Origin: Mycoplasmatota bacterium
GTDB taxonomy: Bacteria; Bacillota_I; Bacilli_A; RF39; UBA660
Direction: 5' to 3'
Assembly: GCA_022771205.1 (NCBI GenBank)
Contig: JALFCF010000003.1
Location: forward strand, 269 to 64,268
DNA length: 64,000 bases
Shown: piece by piece, positions 61,565-64,000 of the stretch
How positions within the stretch are numbered: position 1 is the stretch's first letter
How the letters are laid out: every line of letters starts with the position of its first letter
Position numbers and translations under genes: made by a program
Notes under the pieces: generated by a model
Database searches by the model: none
Seen by the model: the letters and a program-made list of their open reading frames with translations, nothing else
Told to the model about the DNA's origin: nothing

Positions 61565-61582
61565 AAAGTGACTAGAAAAAAT

Positions 61583-62494
61583 CTAATCACTTTTTTTATT
61601 TAAAGTATTTTCTAACTCATCCAAGAATTTAGAGGCTACTTTAGAAAATAATTGCTGTTTCTTCCACATAATATAAAGGTTTGCTTCAATAGAAGGGGAT
61701 AAAGGTAAGAAACACAAATTATTATTACCATTAATATCAATTAATTTATCGATTGCAATAGCATATCCCATTCCTTCAGAAACCATAAGACCAGCATTAA
61801 AAATCAAACTATAAGTGGCAACTACATGTAAATCCGATAGTTGCTTTCCAAACCATCTCATAAGTAAAGAATCTTCACACAATTGTCGAGATAAAATTAA
61901 TGGTACATTTAATAAATCCTCTTTTGTTACATAACCTTTTTTTGCTAAAGAGGAATCTTTTCTTGCTACAACCCCTCTTGGTAAAAGTAGATAATTATAA
62001 TTAGTTTTGTCCATAGGATCAATGAAAATACCAAAATCGATTAAACCACGTTCTAAGTCTTCTAAGACATTCTGCTTATCACCACTAGAAATATGAAATC
62101 TAATATTTGAGTATGTGTGCTGAACACTCATCATCATTTGAATGATAGTTCGCAATCCTTCAGTTTCTGCACATCCAATTGCAATATCTCCTCCAATAAG
62201 AGTATCAGAATATTTAATGTCAGTGATAGTTTTGTCAGATAAAGAAACAATTTCTTCGGCACGTTTGCGTAGTAAAAGACCATCTTCTGTTAAGGTAATC
62301 TTTTTATTACCGCGAATAAATAGCTGTTTTCCTAATTCTTCTTCTAATTCCTTTAGTTGGCGCGATAAAGTTGGCTGCGTAATGTGTAAAGACATAGCTG
62401 CGTTAGTAATGTTTTTTTCTCTCGCAACAGCTAAAAAATACTTTAAAACTCGAATTTCCATAACATCACCACTTTTATTATAATATATCATCAT
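61583..62494 (-). CDS. LysR-family transcriptional regulator
   Basis: N-terminal HTH: MEIRVLKYFLAVAREKNITNAAMSLHITQPTLSRQLKELEEELG. Confidence 0.85.
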   Translation of the reverse strand: MMIYYNKSGDVMEIRVLKYFLAVAREKNITNAAMSLHITQPTLSRQLKELEEELGKQLFIRGNKKITLTEDGLLLRKRAEEIVSLSDKTITDIKYSDTLIGGDIAIGCAETEGLRTIIQMMMSVQHTYSNIRFHISSGDKQNVLEDLERGLIDFGIFIDPMDKTNYNYLLLPRGVVARKDSSLAKKGYVTKEDLLNVPLILSRQLCEDSLLMRWFGKQLSDLHVVATYSLIFNAGLMVSEGMGYAIAIDKLIDINGNNNLCFLPLSPSIEANLYIMWKKQQLFSKVASKFLDELENTLNKKSD

Positions 62495-62569
62495 GCTTAA
62501 AAAGCATAATAAAACATACGATATAAGTATTTATTATTAATAAATAACTTTATAATTAAGTTAAAAATA

Positions 62570-63193
62570 ATGTTAATTGAAAAGGAAAAAATGAATAATA
62601 AAAAAATAGTGCTATTAGTAATATTATTTATCATTGGATTGACTATAGCAGTCAGTGGAATATTTTTAATTTTGTTAAGTGACACAGGAAATAAAATATC
62701 AATGAATAAATTTGTAAAAACAGTAGAAAATAGTGGCTGTAAAATAAATGATAAACAAGAAAATTTAACAGGAAACATTAAAAACCAAGCCATCAGTATG
62801 GACTATGGTTGTCCGTATTATGTTTCATATATAGAATTTGATAATGATAGTTATCAGAAAGAATACATAGAAACAAATATAAATAAAATAAAATCAAGTA
62901 ACGGAAACTCTACTACAACAGTAAGTATTAATGTAAATGATTATATATATTATACTTCTCTAGGTAAGAATTATGATTTGGTTTTACAAAAAGAAAATAT
63001 GGTTGTATTAGGTATGGCACCAAAGAATAATAAAGACAAGTTAAATGGATTAATAGATGACTTAGATATTAAAGCAAAAGTATCATTAGAATATGCGTGG
63101 GTATCAATATTAGGAGTAATCATATTGATAGTATCAATTATTATGATAGTAATAGATTTAGCAAAGAATCAAAAAAAGAAGACAGCACAATAA
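62570..63193 (+). CDS. hypothetical membrane-anchored protein
   Basis: N-terminal and C-terminal TM helices. Divergent to the LysR gene. Confidence 0.4.
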   Translation: MLIEKEKMNNKKIVLLVILFIIGLTIAVSGIFLILLSDTGNKISMNKFVKTVENSGCKINDKQENLTGNIKNQAISMDYGCPYYVSYIEFDNDSYQKEYIETNINKIKSSNGNSTTTVSINVNDYIYYTSLGKNYDLVLQKENMVVLGMAPKNNKDKLNGLIDDLDIKAKVSLEYAWVSILGVIILIVSIIMIVIDLAKNQKKKTAQ

Positions 63194-63212
63194 AAAGGTC
63201 ATAAGACCTTTT

Positions 63213-63764
63213 TTAGTTTGCAAATTTAATAACCAATATATTATCCACTATCATACTATTAGGATAAGACTTCATCTTCTTGAATTTAGAACTATTTAAT
63301 ATCTGATTATACTGTTCTTCATTTACAAAAGAAATAGAATAACCAACATAATATTTCATAAATCTTTCCCAACCATTTTTTAAATTAGAATATTCTTCCC
63401 AAAATAAAGGGTAGTTGCTGACAAAACCATAAGTAAGAGAGCTAATATCCAAATTATTTTCTTGAATATTTCCAACAATCATTAATTGGTGACAATTAGT
63501 TTCTATCATTTCGTCTTTAATATCATTAGCAACTTCATAGGTCTTACGATAAGTATTATCTAGAGTTTGGTATGTTGCTTGATCTTGAATCAAATATCCT
63601 CGAACGATAAGAATAAGTATAATACATCCTAAAATAGTTAATATTTTATTATCAGATATAAGATACCCAAAGAAAATAATAAATAATAAATAACCACTAC
63701 TCATTAATAACTGTAACGAAGTATCAGGAAGAATAATACTAATAACATTAACACAAAGAGGCAA
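63213..63764 (-). CDS. hypothetical membrane protein
   Basis: 183-aa ORF on the minus strand with several hydrophobic helices. Confidence 0.35.
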   Translation of the reverse strand: MPLCVNVISIILPDTSLQLLMSSGYLLFIIFFGYLISDNKILTILGCIILILIVRGYLIQDQATYQTLDNTYRKTYEVANDIKDEMIETNCHQLMIVGNIQENNLDISSLTYGFVSNYPLFWEEYSNLKNGWERFMKYYVGYSISFVNEEQYNQILNSSKFKKMKSYPNSMIVDNILVIKFAN

Positions 63765-64000
63765 ACAAATAATTAAGAAAGTTAAAAGTAAATTATATTT
63801 CCATGATAGTTTATTCTTTATTGCAGAAAGAATAATACTTATTAAAATAATTCCTAAAAAGAAAATATTATAAATATTAATTGATAAATTACCATTATTA
63901 ACTATCTTATCTGAAAAATAATATTGATAAAAACTTAAATAACAATCTATTATTCTTTTTGGTATATCAAATATAGTAGAAAGACTAAAAGAATTAGCTC

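Overview
This 64 kb window is AT-rich (roughly 28-30% GC) and looks like a Firmicutes chromosome, Clostridia/Erysipelotrichia-like. Nearly all genes are on the + strand and mostly housekeeping: a dcw-type cluster (mraY, ftsW), a minimal sufCB pair, two ABC systems including an OpuC-like osmoprotectant importer, yceD-rpmF, addB-addA, pyrH, a DinG/Rad3-like helicase, rplU-prp-rpmA, obg, rimM-trmD, tgt, tag, an ABC-F ATPase, a rhomboid protease and a LysR regulator.

The first ~6.1 kb differ. They are the right-hand part of an integrated mobile element: an IS110 transposase tail, an orphan DPPY DNA methyltransferase, a VirD4/TraG-type coupling protein and a large serine recombinase. The recombinase ORF reads straight through into the 3' half of a class B penicillin-binding protein gene (FtsI/SpoVD/PBP2B type) that heads the dcw cluster. 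The junction carries a perfect 13-6-13 palindrome plus a related half-site.

Other notable points:
- rpmF (L32) has an N-terminal extension that copies the Prp-cleaved propeptide of L27.
- A two-gene module of unknown function lies next to the L21 operon; its first protein ends in a RelE/HigB(Gp49)-like fold.
- A fossil 3' end of a second SEDS (FtsW/RodA) gene sits behind an unrelated amidohydrolase-like gene.
- Tandem Tim44-like/zinc-ribbon paralogs lie inside the dcw cluster.
- There is an SspI spore-protein homologue.
- A Doc/Fic-like protein has Gln in place of the catalytic His.
- One polypeptide combines an Hpt domain with a receiver domain.

No rRNA, tRNA or CRISPR array was seen.
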